From Tubulanus polymorphus (taxonomy: Eukaryota; Animalia; Nemertea): a stretch of 64,000 bases of DNA. Both the position numbers and the translations under genes were made by a program. The notes beneath the pieces were generated by a model, which did no database searches, had not been told where the DNA came from, and saw only the letters and a program-made list of their open reading frames with translations. Numbering within the stretch: the first letter of the stretch is position 1; the number at the start of each line of letters is the position of its first letter. This document shows, one piece after another, positions 1 to 12,299 of the stretch. The stretch lies in contig NC_134027.1 of the NCBI RefSeq assembly GCF_964204645.1, forward strand, positions 25,568,560 to 25,632,559, given 5' to 3'.

Positions 1-122
1 TGTGAACCCAGCTTTGAATTCAATGTTTGAATATTGTTTAACATAAATTTGTCTGTGAAAATTTAAAAGCAATTTCAAAAATGACCGAATTAATGAGTAC
101 AAATTCTGTAATTATGATTCAG

Positions 123-3100
123 GAATCGGATGATAAAGATTTAGGAGTTTCGGATAAGTTCAATCTCGTGCTCCAAGTCGCGATCAAAGCACAAAATACA
201 CTTGGGTTGCTAGCGGACAACTTAGAAAAATTGAAAAAGTAAGTAGAGCTTGTAGCGGGGGGAGGGGTGTCATGGCGGGGGATTTGGCAGAGTGGTTCAC
301 AAAACATTTATTACTTCAAATACGATACCGGTTAGAAGAATGCTGGAATAAGAAGATCGGTTTTAAGAGCTGTTTCTGAAAATGATTTCTATATCTTTGA
401 AACTATTTGATAGAGAAACATTACAATAGTTTTGGACAAACTAACTCTATTGAAATCTATTGATCTATTGCCAGAATTTGACCGACATCGGAGCGGAAAA
501 GTTATGGTTATTTCCTGAATAAATGACTTGTTGTTTTTCGTTTCAGTTTGTTGACGTGGCAGGATCCGAACGCGACGAAGAAACTGTTTACATTCCTGTG
601 TTTAGCTTTCATTAGTTCCTGTGTGCTTCCGGGACAGTTACTCGTGCTTATCATGGGTAAGTACACAACTCAACTTTCATCGTTGTAAAACTATGGTTTT
701 AAATTTTGATATCAATAACCCGACACTAAGATTGAAAATTAAAGTCTGAAATGTTTCCTCGGGCCAGTGGTTTATTCAACATTTCGACTACATCCTAATC
801 ATTTATAGCAATACTAACTATTAGGATATAGTTAAAACATTGAATAAACTACTAACTCAAAATAGCTTTTGTAACTTTTAATTCTAATGTCCAGGGGGCC
901 GGTTCCATAGTCAGGGCTTAGACTTAAGACGATTCTAAGACAACTTAGTTCTATAGCCAATCTAACAACTTAAGACCAATCGTAAGATTTATGACCACTT
1001 TTGGTCTTAAGTCTTGACTACGGAACCGGGCCCTGAAGTATTTTTCAACATATTTCTATTTTTTCTCCATCCAACAGGGGTTTATGCTGGTATAAAACTG
1101 TTCGTTATCGACTATATCTATCAACGCTTTCCTAGAATTCGACAAAAACATGACACTGTTTACAAAATGTGGCAAGACTTGCCGACCGACCATCAATTAG
1201 AGAAACAAATGACTCATAACGTCATTGATCGGGTAAGACTTGAATAAATGTCTGGAATAAGAAATAATGTATAATGATAATAATGATAATGATAAAATTT
1301 GTATAGCGCGATAATTCCATGCGAAAATAGCAAAGTTCAAATGCGCGTCTCCAGGGTAACATCAAGGTTGTTGAGTTTTGATCATAGATTTAAATTCATG
1401 AATTCAGTAACAGTAGACGACTGGGCTTGCCTCAGATCTCACTGTACTGATACATTTACTGTTAGTCTCAACGCTATTGATTCTGAACTCTGTGAAATAT
1501 TTACAGCAGTCCCAACACGCTACCGAGTTCCCTGATTCTCAACTCAGTGAAATATTCACAGCAGTCCCAACGCTACCGAGTTCCTTGATTCTAAACTCGG
1601 TGAAATATTTTCAGCAGTCCCAACTCTTATTGTGTCTGATATTATATTCATTGTGAGACCTGTGAGCTAAATTGTCAAAATTTATAATTTTCTTTCAGTC
1701 AATAATCCCACCAAACGCCGACGATATTTATGAATTAAACGACGAATTCACCGGAGACGTTTCCCGCGACGATCGAATATTTCTCGACCTTTTCTCGTTA
1801 CCGATTACGGAAATCCCTCTACCAGGTTGGTTACCATCTCACCCCAGTTCCACAGTTTTGAGGTAAAGATTCAGAGTTAACTCGCGGAAAATGAACTCAT
1901 TTTAACTCATTGTTTACTTTAACTCACAACTGTGGAACCGGATCTTGTTAAAATTTGAATTTCAGATTTTGAAACTGTCGATCAGTCCGTCTGCTATCTG
2001 TCTTCAAATCGGAATGTTCCATTTATTGATAGGTTGGTCGGGTGGAAGAAGATGTACGTTAATCAACAGAGAAAAACCGTTGACGTCGGCGTTTAAAAAC
2101 GGCAAACTTTATTTAACTCGGAGGTCAGAATTTTACTCATAGCGGCAAATGAGAAAATGAATATTCGATATTTCATCAACTATTGCTTTCCATTTTACAG
2201 TTTTATTTGCTTCGAAAGATCAAAATCCGCGAACCCTAAAAACCTGGTTATTCCTTTGACCGATATCATCAAGATTGACAAGGTAAGGGCGACCATTGAA
2301 ATTACATTATTCATCCACCATTTAGCTCTGGCAACAAACTTTCAATAACCAACCCTTAAACCCTGTGATAAGTTCATTTTTAATTAAGTAAACCAAGAAT
2401 GAAATTTAAGTAGGTTTACTGCGTGGACTTGAACCAGGATTCACTTGTTGTAGACTTGATCCTACAGAGGTAGAGAGGAAGTGAACATGTATTTTCCGAA
2501 CATAGATTTTTGCCCATAAATTCTTTTCAGGCGAAGCCGTACTCGTGGATGCCTGGAGGTGGAATGGCTCTCGAACTGAAGGTTAATGGTTTAGAGAAGG
2601 TCAGTAAAATCTGTCTGCTGCATAAAATCAGACAAACAACGGAACCCAATTCCACAGGTCTCGTTGAAGTTTGACTCTTGAGAATTAGACAATTCCCAAT
2701 GAGTCAAATTTCAACGAAGGAGGACTACGATATTTTGTTGTATATTAAAACATTATGCAATTGAAATAGACTGCCCATGCTTGCCCAGTTTTCAGACAAA
2801 CATCTCTTTATTCTAGACACATTTCCACAGTTAACCGGGTTTGAATTTGAGTCGTTGAATCTATGTTAAGGGTCTAAGGTGTCTCCGTGGAACTATGTTC
2901 AGCCAGTTTTGAAATTTATCTGATAATCATTGGTTGTTTGTGGAACATTAACCATGCATGAATCAGTGAGATCACAATCTCCGTGATGAAACAATGAATG
3001 TGATATCCCACAATTGTTGAAAGATTGTTCATATCGTTTTAGACTGAAGATGGGTAGTAGTAACCACCTGAAATGTTTCTAGTATTTTAGATAAGCTTTT

Positions 3101-6100
3101 TATTCTATCAACAATTTTGGGATTTTACATACATGTATTTCCCCTGCGTTTTGCGTATGAGGTCTCGATGAGGCTGCGCTGATTGTCTACTGGTTATAAC
3201 AATATTCTAAAAAGCGATATGATGACTGTTGTAGAATCTTCTATTCGGAGCTCTGATTCAACGCGATGATGTATTCAAGGGTATCGTCTACGCTGGACGA
3301 ACTGTTACGTTACCGTGGGCTATGGAAACTCAAGCATGACCCCGGTACCGGCCTCGGTAAAAATGGCCGTTTTATTCGCTGTGTTTGCTTAATCGTTATT
3401 AATATCATACTTTCCTATTTTGATTCTATTTACTAAATCATCCTTTAAGACGTATGAACGTTGATGACACTGTAAGGCTACAGTACGAAACCCTATTCAC
3501 AGTTAAACATCTCGGTATTTGAGGAAATGTGGTGGCAGAGTATCGCCTGCAAGGGAGGAACATGGCAGATTCTCACGATGTCATCGGGTTCGAATCCCTG
3601 CTGAGGGAGGGGGTGTCTACTAGGGCAGGGGTTTGTACTGTGACAGAGTCTCACGATGTCATCGGGTTCAAATCCCTGCTGAGGGAGGGTGTGTCTACTA
3701 GGGCAGGGGTTTGTACTGTGACAGAGTCTCACGATGTCATCAGGTTCAAATCCTTGCTGAGGGGGGGGGCCTATTAGGGCAGGGGTTTGTACTGTGACAG
3801 AGTCTCACCATGTCATCAGGTTCGAATCTCTGCTGAGGGAGGATGTGTCTACTAGTGCAGGGGTTTGTACTGTGACAGAGTCTCACCATGTCATCAGGTT
3901 CAAATCCTTGCTGAAGGAGGATGTGTCTACTAGGACAGGGGTTTGTACTGTGACAGAGTCTCACCATGTCATCAGGTTCAAATCCTTGCTGAAGGAGGAT
4001 GTGTCTACTAGGACAGGGGTTTGTACTGGGACAGAGTCCCATGATGTCATCAGGTTCAAATCCCTGTGAGGGAGGATGTGTCTACTAGGACAGGGGTTTG
4101 TACTGTGACAGAGTCTCACCATGTCATCATGTTCAAATCCCTGCTGAGGGAGGATGTGTCTGCTAGGGCAGGCGGTGGTTTGCGTGCTGTGAGAGTCTCA
4201 CAATGTCATCAAGTTCAAATCCCTGATGGGCAGCTATGTGGCAGAGTCTCGCCATGCCATCAGATTCAAATCAGTGCAAGTGAGGAACGTGACAGTCTCA
4301 CAATAGTTTGTATCCCAGCGACGGAGCGCCAATGAAATTTACCAATATTTGAATCTTAATTTACAGCGTAAATTAAACATCTTTCATCGTTTCATTATTT
4401 CAGCATCTTTAGCATGCTTTCTGCGAACTTGATTAGAATATTTCTAAACATTTCGAATTGCTTATTATCATTACGATTATCATCCTGTTATTTATGCTTA
4501 TTGATGACTTCGCTCTCCGCGCTTTCTGATAATTTATACATATTTATTTGACTCGATCAAAAATCGCAAAACTTTCATCTCACATTTACCGTACTTCATG
4601 CACTGAAATTCTCTTTTACTGATGCCTAACGCCTGGATAATTCATAGTACAGAGTGGCCACTTACCTGGAAAACAGGGAAAAGTCAGGGAATTTTCTTTT
4701 CTTTGAAAAAGTCAGGGAATAGTAGTTGAATTTTGTAAAAAAGCTAAAAATCAGGGGATATAATTGTTGAGATTGCTAGATCACACGTAAAATCAAACAG
4801 TTTCTGTCCGTGTCTTACGTAGTTGACTGGTGTTAATTGACTGAATTCTTAGCAGATCAAGTCAGGAAAAACAACGTGCAGGTCAGGGAATAGTCAGGGG
4901 AAAAGCAAGTTGGATAAAAATGGCCACCCTGTAATAGCAAGTATCATAGTTGCCTCATAGAGAAATGAATGATTTTCACTCCAGAAACAAAACTAACTAT
5001 GAAAACTCCTTTTAGACAATTTAGCAATTAGCATGAATTCACATCAACGATTTTCAATGATACGATAGACGATCGTTTTTTAAAATTCAAATGATAATTC
5101 TTAGAAACTCAATCAAATTTTAAAACCCGCAACCGAGCAATCTTTTCCCGATATACAATCATTGATAATCGTCCGATATTTTCAACATTCTACGTTAAAG
5201 ATTTTAAGGAAAATTGAGTAAATTTTCGGAACTTAGAAAGATTAAAAGTTGCATCTTCGATAACAGCAACAGCAAAGAGAAAACCAACTGATGAATATAC
5301 CTATGTAAATGGAGCGTGTATGAAATAAGCTCTGCAGGGCCCAGTTTAAGCCTAAAACGGTTAAGTTTGAATTGTTGTCCTCATTGAAAACATGAAGTAA
5401 CCATTGGCAATCACACCAAAAATTTGAGTTTAACTTTTTTGTGAAACTGAGCCCTGATGTTTAACGCATGCCTATGTTTCTACATGTCGCATAAGTTTAT
5501 TTCGAAAATTCCATTTTTTTTTCTTGAAACGTAATCAGAATTCATTTGTAATTGTTTTACATTGTGTCCGAGACCCAGTTTCACAGTTACTGAACTACAC
5601 GTTACTGACCGTCGAACTGGGTCCAGGGTAAGGTTCGATTTGGGAATAGCGATATCTGTTACCTGATAGAAGCGGCCGGTAGAGAGTTTGTAAGATTGGT
5701 AGAACACTATATCCGTGTTGACGCGATGAGGAGAGAATCCCACAATGATAATAAAAAGTCCGAAAATGAAACTTCGAGATAGAAGTTTATTTCAACGTTT
5801 CGACTATATCCTAATAGTCATCTTCGGGAATAATGAATAATATTCCCGAAGATGACTATTAGGATATAGTCGAAACGTTGAAATAAACTACTATCTTGAA
5901 GTTTCATTTTCGGACTTTTTATTATCATTGTGGGATTCTCTCCTCAGAGAGTTTGTAATCCGGAATTGAAACTCCTAAACTGTAACACATTCAAACGAAA
6001 CCTGCGTAAATCTCTGAATTAGTTTTGAGATTTTCTACGTTATATTTTCAGCCATTTTTATTCGGCGCATTGTTGAATCGAGACGAAATCGTCGAGAATA

Positions 6101-6303
6101 TCCAAGCGGCCGGAAATCGAGCCGGGTTGCCATGGGCGGCGGACGACTTGACGGGAACGGCGGTGACATCTAGTGGCAATAACCTGAACGACTCGTTGAC
6201 CAACGGACAAAGTCGTCCAATCACGCGACAGAGCAGTAAAGGCACTTTGCAGCTTCAGGCGTTCCGGTATCAAATGCTTCATTACGACGGGGACTCCGAT
6301 TAA
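123..6303 (+). CDS. GRAMD4: GRAM domain-containing protein 4, 3' part (5' exons lie outside the window). Exons 123-238, 547-656, 1078-1232, 1699-1825, 2033-2123, 2201-2282, 2531-2599, then terminal exon 6052-6303 (or alternative 3235-3339)
   Basis: GT-AG exons join in frame to give DKFNLVLQVAIKAQNTLGLLADNLEKLKNLLTWQDP...GVYAGIKLFVIDYIYQRFPRIRQKHDT...LPTD...RCTLINREK...NGKLYLTRSFICFERSKS...MPGGGMALE...FGALLNRDE, collinear with recalled human GRAMD4 (KFQLVLDVAQKAQNLFGKMADILEKIKNL...GLYAGIKFFLIDFIF...RCCLINRD...FGAMVHRDE). Confidence 0.92.
768..853. mobile_element. Degenerate fold-back remnant of the Penelope-like hammerhead element family also at 5694 and 14576
   Basis: ttcaacatttcgactacatcctaat ... 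actattaggatatagttaaaacattgaataaactact matches both arms of the 5694-5945 element with several substitutions. Confidence 0.6.
895..1033. mobile_element. MITE family A (about 140 bp; TIR GGGCC.GTT(C/G)CA.AGTC; internal CTTAAGAC/GTCTTAAG)
   Basis: Terminal inverted repeats ggccggttccatagtc / gactacggaaccgggcc; similar copies at 30382, 33255, 44589, 48948. Confidence 0.75.
1480..1625. repeat. Intronic tandem repeat, about 55-bp unit, about 2.5 copies
   Basis: gtgaaatatt..cagcagtcccaac..ctaccgagttcc.tgattct repeated. Confidence 0.8.
1843..1944. mobile_element. MITE family B (about 105 bp; TIR GG(A/G)TCCAGTTCCACAGTT; internal GAGTTAACTC)
   Basis: ccagttccacagtt ... aactgtggaaccgg; clearer copies at 31764-31871 and 60867-60979. 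Confidence 0.7.
3235..3339 (+). CDS. GRAMD4: Alternative proximal terminal coding exon of GRAMD4 (NLLFGALIQRDDVFKGIVYAGRTVTLPWAMETQA*)
   Basis: ttgtag acceptor at 3233-3234, phase 0 like the donor after 2599; open to TGA at 3337-3339; homologous to exon 6052-6303 (LFGAL..RD.......AG....LPWA). Confidence 0.72.
   Translation, partial: NLLFGALIQRDDVFKGIVYAGRTVTLPWAMETQA
3562..4270 (+). repeat. 78-bp minisatellite, about 8-9 copies, each with a tRNA B-box-like motif
   Basis: Period 78 (ctgagggagg at 3601 and 3679; 26-aa periodicity in the overlapping ORFs); GGTTC(G/A)AATCC-like motif in each unit. Confidence 0.9.
4650..4931. mobile_element. Non-autonomous DNA transposon (TIR CAG(A/G)GTGGCCA; subterminal GTCAGGGAA repeats)
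   Basis: cagagtggcca at 4650 and tggccaccctg ending 4931; TA on both sides; several gtcagggaa motifs inside. Confidence 0.7.
5694..5945. mobile_element. Penelope-like inverted-pLTR mini-element with hammerhead-like motifs (family 1), in the GRAMD4 intron before the distal last exon
   Basis: About 105-bp near-perfect inverted repeats plus an unpaired tail of about 35 nt; 13-bp direct repeat AGAGAGTTTGTAA at 5681-5693 and 5946-5958; core C(C)GAAGA-T-GACTA..TAGTC-GAAAC-GTT on both arms. Confidence 0.8.
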
Positions 6304-6620
6304 AAACTGCAGTATTGTCTCGCGATCAAAGTACGTTTGACCTGTGTCCGTCGTCTTGATATAAATCGTCCTGGTGATTACAACTATGAATTGAGATGTT
6401 ATGATGAAATATTTTGTAAATATCTTATTATTGCATTATGCGATAGTGAGCACTTGATACCAAGTATTCCAGTGAGCATGTGATACCGAGTATCATAGCT
6501 TAGCACGTGATACCGAGTATCAAGGCGAGCATTTAGTACTGAGAATCACTCATCATTTATAGAATTGTATCTACTGTGGTTTTTGAAGAATAACTGATTG
6601 GGGACCAAGAAAGTAGTTCA

Positions 6621-6772
6621 AGGGGTCATTCATAAAGTACGTACACTGTACACATCCTTGAGGAGGGAGCGTAAAAATGGCCACATCTCCGTACGCACGT
6701 GAAGCTTAAGATTGTGTATAAGGTAATTGAAAATTATCCAGATTTTGCGTACGTACATTACGAACAACTCCT
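6621..6772. mobile_element. Short TIR element (MITE)
   Basis: aggggtcattcataaagtacgtac ... gtacgtacattacgaacaactcct imperfect inverted termini. Confidence 0.55.
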
Positions 6773-7182
6773 GTCATAATATTCAGGCTCACTTCCTCAG
6801 TCATTTCCACTACAGTAGGTCTGGCCACTCATAGATCAAGTTCAGCCATCATTGCCACTATGAGTTATCTCATAGATCAAGTTCAGCCGTCATTGCCACT
6901 ATGAGTTATCTCATAGATCAAGTTCAGCCATCATTGCCACTATGAGTTGTCTCATAGCTGATCTCTCTTATTAACAACTCCTGTCATAATATTCAGGCTC
7001 ACTTCCTCAGTCATTTCCACTACAGTAGGTCTGGCCACTCATAGATCAAGTTCAGCCATCATTGCCACCATGAGTTATCTCATAGATCAAGTTCAGCCGT
7101 CATTGCCACTATGAGTTATCTCGTAGATCAAGTTCAGCCATCATTGCCACTATGAGTCGTCTCATAGCTGATCTCTCTTATT
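6763..7182. repeat. Higher-order tandem repeat: 2 x 210 bp, each containing 3 x 41 bp subunits
   Basis: aacaactcctgtc at 6763 and 6973; ctcatagatcaagttcagcc at 6828, 6869, 6910 and again in the second unit. Confidence 0.92.
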
Positions 7183-7932
7183 CACTGTTTACTCACAGGA
7201 ATGACACGGTTCCTGACTGGCTGGCAATGCTTCATTTTTCGATGCTCATCCGTCATTAATGAACAATGGTTGACTATGTAATAGCTTGCGCATTACAAAG
7301 ACTACAAGATTAAGTAGATAACTCACTCTCGTAGTAGCAACTGGGAAGAAAAAAAATTGCTGCAAACATGTTAAGTCTTGATTTTTGATAGATTTGTCGT
7401 TTATACAATGCAGATTTTTGCCACAAGGAAGTGGGCCTTGAATATAAGTACATATGTAGTATTTGTACATTGTTTATGGTTGATGTATGTATTACATGCT
7501 GCTTGTATGTACCCTAATTTTTCGACTGAATTTCTACTTCAGAATTTAGATACATATTTTTTAGGTTTATGAAATATTTTCGAAGAAGTAGGCAACATAG
7601 TGATATAGAGTGTACACTTCCAGAAAATATGACTGCCTTCATAAAAATACCCTGATGACATCGTGCCTAAATACCATAGCGGTCGCGAGCTTTCTGAATG
7701 TTGATGATTGTTTCGTTGAGCGGTATGATGACCAGTTGAGCAGCCATGTTTTCTGTTAGTGTCTACGCGATGTATTGAAATCAAATCTAGAAGAAATGAA
7801 GTGAAACTCACTGTAAGTGGTAGTTGTGATGATCATTTTGTTGACGACTTATCCAAATAACGACTTACACTTAAAGTAAATTGAATTAGAATCGGGACTA
7901 AAAAGTGTCTTGAGTTTTGTAGGACGTGATAA

Positions 7933-8155
7933 GGCTAAACAAAAATGATACCTTGTTTCTCCGCAGCGGCCGGGTCATTTTTGTAAAATATGATAGAATT
8001 TGTAAACAGTTCATTTCTATAGCGGCCGGATCTGTTACGGTAAAATTGATCACGATTTTAAAGAAAAGTAGTAATGTACAGAGTAGATAGGCGGCCGGCC
8101 GGGTGAACTTTACAGCTCAGCAGAGCGGAGAAACAAGGTATCAATTTTTTTAGCC
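7933..8155. mobile_element. Non-autonomous DNA transposon with about 31-bp TIRs and TAA target duplication (Zator or PIF/Harbinger-type TSD)
   Basis: taa|ggctaaacaaaaatgataccttgtttctccgc ... gcggagaaacaaggtatcaatttttttagcc|taa. Confidence 0.8.
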
Positions 8156-8238
8156 TAACATCACTACAGTCGACGCCAAAATATTGAGTAAAACAATGAT
8201 TATGATTATGCATGTAAGTAATATATTTATAGAGTATT

Positions 8239-8341
<103 letters not shown>

Positions 8342-10569
8342 TTATTTTCGTCTAAAACGTTGTTGTTAAATAAATGAAATAAAGTTTATGATTGTAACGG
8401 TATATTTTGTGGCCAGATTTATGTATAGTAGAGATCTTGCGGCCACGGATGCTATTTCTGTACGACTACGCGATATCGTGTGATCAAAAACATTATCAGT
8501 GATTTACATGACACATCCGCAAACTTGTGAATCCCCAATTACCTGTTGTTCTCATGCATGGCATCTTTGCAGCACTGGTCGGCAAACAATTATTTCATGT
8601 GGAGTTCAAGTGCAACTGCATATATTATATGTTTTCTGTATAGCACAAGTATTTATAAGCTGATCAGGTTGGGGGGTACAGAATATGAGGCGTGAGATGA
8701 TTATTTCTTGATTTCGGTTACAGGCAATATAGTGACTTTTGTCTCAATATATCTGTAATATTCGAATAATTCGGTAAACAGCGGCCGCAGTCTAAATAAT
8801 GTAGGACCAAATTTATCTAATCAAAAGTTGAAAAGAGACTGGGTACAGTTGCACAGTCAAGGCGGAGATTTAAGACTGGTCCGAGCTGATTTTGGCCAAT
8901 TTAATGACTTAAGACCAGTAAACTCAATTTGGTTCCGTAAGCTGATTTTGGTTCTGCAACAAATATAACAGCTCATGATGGAGAAACTGATGTATTGTCA
9001 GTGTTGAAGACACGAGTGATGATATTTCAAATTTCTCGGAAGATATCATTGCCATTTACGTTACAACTTATGTCTAATCTTATTATTGAAAGCCACTTTT
9101 AGACTTAGCCGTGGCTGTAGAAACTGGCCTCTGAAGTCTTTAGGACTGACTTAAAGGCTGTACGACTGTGTTGGGCTGGAGACATTTCTTTAAAGACACT
9201 ACTTAATAATATTCATTTCGTTCATTCTAGTCATTTCAACTGGTGTGTCTTAATCTATAAGTTGCCGGTGCCGGACATCTCTAATTAGCTATCATTTCAA
9301 AAATATCTCACTACAGTAAAGAAAAGTGTTTTACTGTGGAAATTATGATTTACTTTCATTGATCGTATGTAATAATAATATTATATTATATATATATATA
9401 TACTGTAATGGTGAATTTTATAGAAAGTTTTGCTGCGATTGTATGGAAAACTTGGCCGATGTTTCGGCTCTCCGTGAAGAAACCAATTAGACTGAACCGG
9501 AACATGTGTATTTTGTTAATTGTGGTAATTTTGTTGTACGATTGTTTTATACTGTTATGAAATGCGGGAATGAGAGTGAGGTTTTGTCATCGATTGTCCA
9601 TAGATTTCCACATAACACGAATCGAGGAAACTGATTGATATTACGCTAATTATGTTCCATGTACGTTGTTGACATTGTGATATAAATTGTAGTTCAGATA
9701 ATCAAATAAATTATCAGCTATTTTGTTTTAAAAATGATTTCAGTTTACTTCAGTAGAGAATCGGTATAGCCCTGGTCTCACAGGGAAAACGACCTATCTG
9801 TGAACCCAGATATATGTGGCCAAGGTTCAGTTCAACTAAACCACAGACAGGTTACTGACTATCCCCGAAGAGGATAAGTACGATCTCCAAGTCGAAGCAT
9901 GATTTAAACATATATTTTACTCGAGTGTACGGATTGTATCTCAGGCAATAGTGTTGTAATATATATTGTAACATATTGTAACGGGTGTTTTCAGTTAAAA
10001 ACAGGTTAGATTTACATTATATCAAACTCAACGGATTTTAATTTATAAAAACGTGACTTTACATTCATCAAGCTTGGTAAACAGGGTAAATTCCTCACAC
10101 GCTAGATTATATTTTTCACAAATCATGTAACGGCTGTTTTCAGCAGAAGAACAGTTTTACCGTTTATCAAACTAAAACAACGCGTCGAATCTGAGTTCAT
10201 AAAGGTATACTTTACTTCCGTAAAGATTAAAATGCGAGAATTTTCTGTCAGAAACTAGTAATAAGATTTCGGATGTGATTAACTCTATGTATATGACTGC
10301 TCTATATTTGGGAGTTAAAAAATTCAGTTCTTAGAGTTCATTGAAAATGAACTACAATGTAATTTTGACAACGTAATATATTCATTTCACTCCAACCATA
10401 AAAATAGTGGGGTCAAGATTGAAAAAAAGAATACGAAATGTAAAAGTGTACAAAGTATAAACAGAATATTAATAGGCGGTAGGCGGGTGTGGTGGTAATT
10501 GGGAGGGCGGTATATCGGGGGTTGATTCTATATAAATACAGCAAAATATAACACACATACAATTCCAGA

Positions 10570-10860
10570 GGGATTCATATAAACTAAAACCTAGCTGGAT
10601 GAATTTAGCTATGTGGGTTGGATTTCTTAATAATATTTCAAAGTTTCTAGATGTACTTCAATGAATAGAATTATCACGCAGATCAGTTAACAAAGTGCAT
10701 TCATAAATGAAATGCAGCTCATCTCCTACAGTGTTACAGGCAGGACACAGTCTTTAACTTCTGTCTATAATGGATATTCGTACGTTTATTTACTGGCAAT
10801 AAATAGGAACCAATTCTGAGAATTCGAATAAGTTACACGTATAAGATTTTCGTCAAGATT
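10570..10860 (-). mobile_element. Decayed 3' end of a non-LTR retrotransposon ORF2 (C-terminal CCHC domain, RTE-X-like)
   Basis: Minus-strand translation with frameshifts and a stop: LFEF/RIGSYLLPVNK...*RLCPACNTVGDELHFIYECTLLTDLR; CxxC...GDExHFxxxC is typical of LINE ORF2 C-termini. Confidence 0.72.
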
Positions 10861-11060
10861 TACATTTTTCAATTGAATTCAATTGCAAAATAAATTGTTG
10901 CATCATTACAATTAAAGATCATGGAATGAAATAACAATATACATATAAATGTATTTTATGTAAACCGCTCTAAAATGCAGTGGAAAAGGTATCAAAATAA
11001 ATGTTATTATCATCATTATTAACATATTGTAACTGGTGTTTTCAGTTGAGAAAGGTTACA

Positions 11061-11415
11061 TAGGCGCAGATTCAGACGGCAGCACCGTACCTGCACGTGC
11101 TAACGTCGCGAAAATCTCGTGCCTTTTTTTTCATGCCCAAGGGAGAAAAATGGCACTTTTTTACAGGACGAGAGGTAGATAATTTTTAAACAAAAAGCAC
11201 ATAAGATTTCGTCTTTATTACCTGGAATCTACATCTCAATGCAGTTAAAAATGCTACAATTAAGAAAGCTACCCATCAAGACTTAAATTGTTTGGAATTT
11301 GCAGCAAAAAGCGGATTTTCAAAATTTCAGAATGTCCTATCTATTTCGAAATGCCCTTTTTGTAATAGTTTAAGTTGTGCCGCCCTTGACATTGGTCCCT
11401 GGATCCGAGCTCCTG
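11061..11415. mobile_element. TIR element inserted into the second copy of the duplication
   Basis: aggcgcagattcag ... ctggatccgagctcct termini; absent from the first duplicate copy. Confidence 0.6.
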
Positions 11416-12299
11416 TTTATCAAACTTTGTCATGCAACGGATTTGAATTGATCAACACGTGGCTTTATACATTCATCAAGCTTGAATTGTAAACAGAGCA
11501 AATCTATCACACGCATTAGATTTTGCACAAATCATGTAACGGCTGTTTTCTGCAGAAGAACATATTCACATTTTATCAAAATTTAACAATGCGTCGGATC
11601 TGAGTTCATAAAAGGTATACTTTACATTAGTGAAGATTAAAATGCGAGAATTTTCTGTCAGAAACTAGTAATAAGCTGCTTGAAAATTGGTATTAATTGT
11701 CCTTATTTCGAATCGCAGTTTTCGGATGTGATTAACTCTATGTATACGATAGCTTTATATTTGGGAGTCTAAAAATTCAGTTTTTAAAGTTCATTGAAAA
11801 TGAACTACAATGTAATTTTGACAACGTAATATACATTTCATTCCAACCATAAAAGTAAGATTGAATACAAAATATGAAATATAAAAGTATACAAAATATA
11901 AAAAGAATCATTAACTAATATACGCACAGAGAAATCAAATGGTAAAATAACTTTATTACAAAGTTTAAGACATAATTTCTAAGTCCGTCTATTTACAGCC
12001 AGAGCTTATACAGAAATTGAATTATACCGTCAAGCCTTGATATACCGCCCACATCGGTGCAGAACTATGTTGGCGGTATAGAGAGTATGGCGGTATATCG
12101 GGGGTATTTAGCATGTATTTGTATAGAGATGTACATTGAGAAAACCTGGCGGTAGGCGGGGTGATGGTATATGGAGGAGAACTATTACACATTTGAATAC
12201 AAATAGTTACAAAGCAACACTGAAGTGATTAAAATTTGAAGAATGAAAACGTAACAAAATATATATACATCAACTATTCACAATACTATATATACTATT

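Larger units (their letters stand above)
9969..11910. repeat. Local direct duplication: about 9969-10465 versus about 11019-11910 (second copy interrupted by an insertion)
   Basis: Shared blocks such as cacaaatcatgtaacggctgtttt, aagattaaaatgcgagaattttctgtcagaaactagtaataag and gttcattgaaaatgaactacaatgtaattttgacaacgtaatata in both copies. Confidence 0.88.

Noticed and set aside
3493-4335. Overlapping repetitive ORFs on both strands
   Set aside because: Products of the 78-bp minisatellite (unit divisible by 3); broken by frameshifts, no splice or homology support
7650-7740. Clustered TGATGA/CTGA motifs suggesting a C/D snoRNA or hammerhead
   Set aside because: No terminal stem, wrong spacing, no GAAA box closing a stem II
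8543-8657. Minus-strand TATAAATA plus exon-like segment ending CAG|GTAATT
   Set aside because: TATA-to-initiator spacing is off and no downstream coding exon was found
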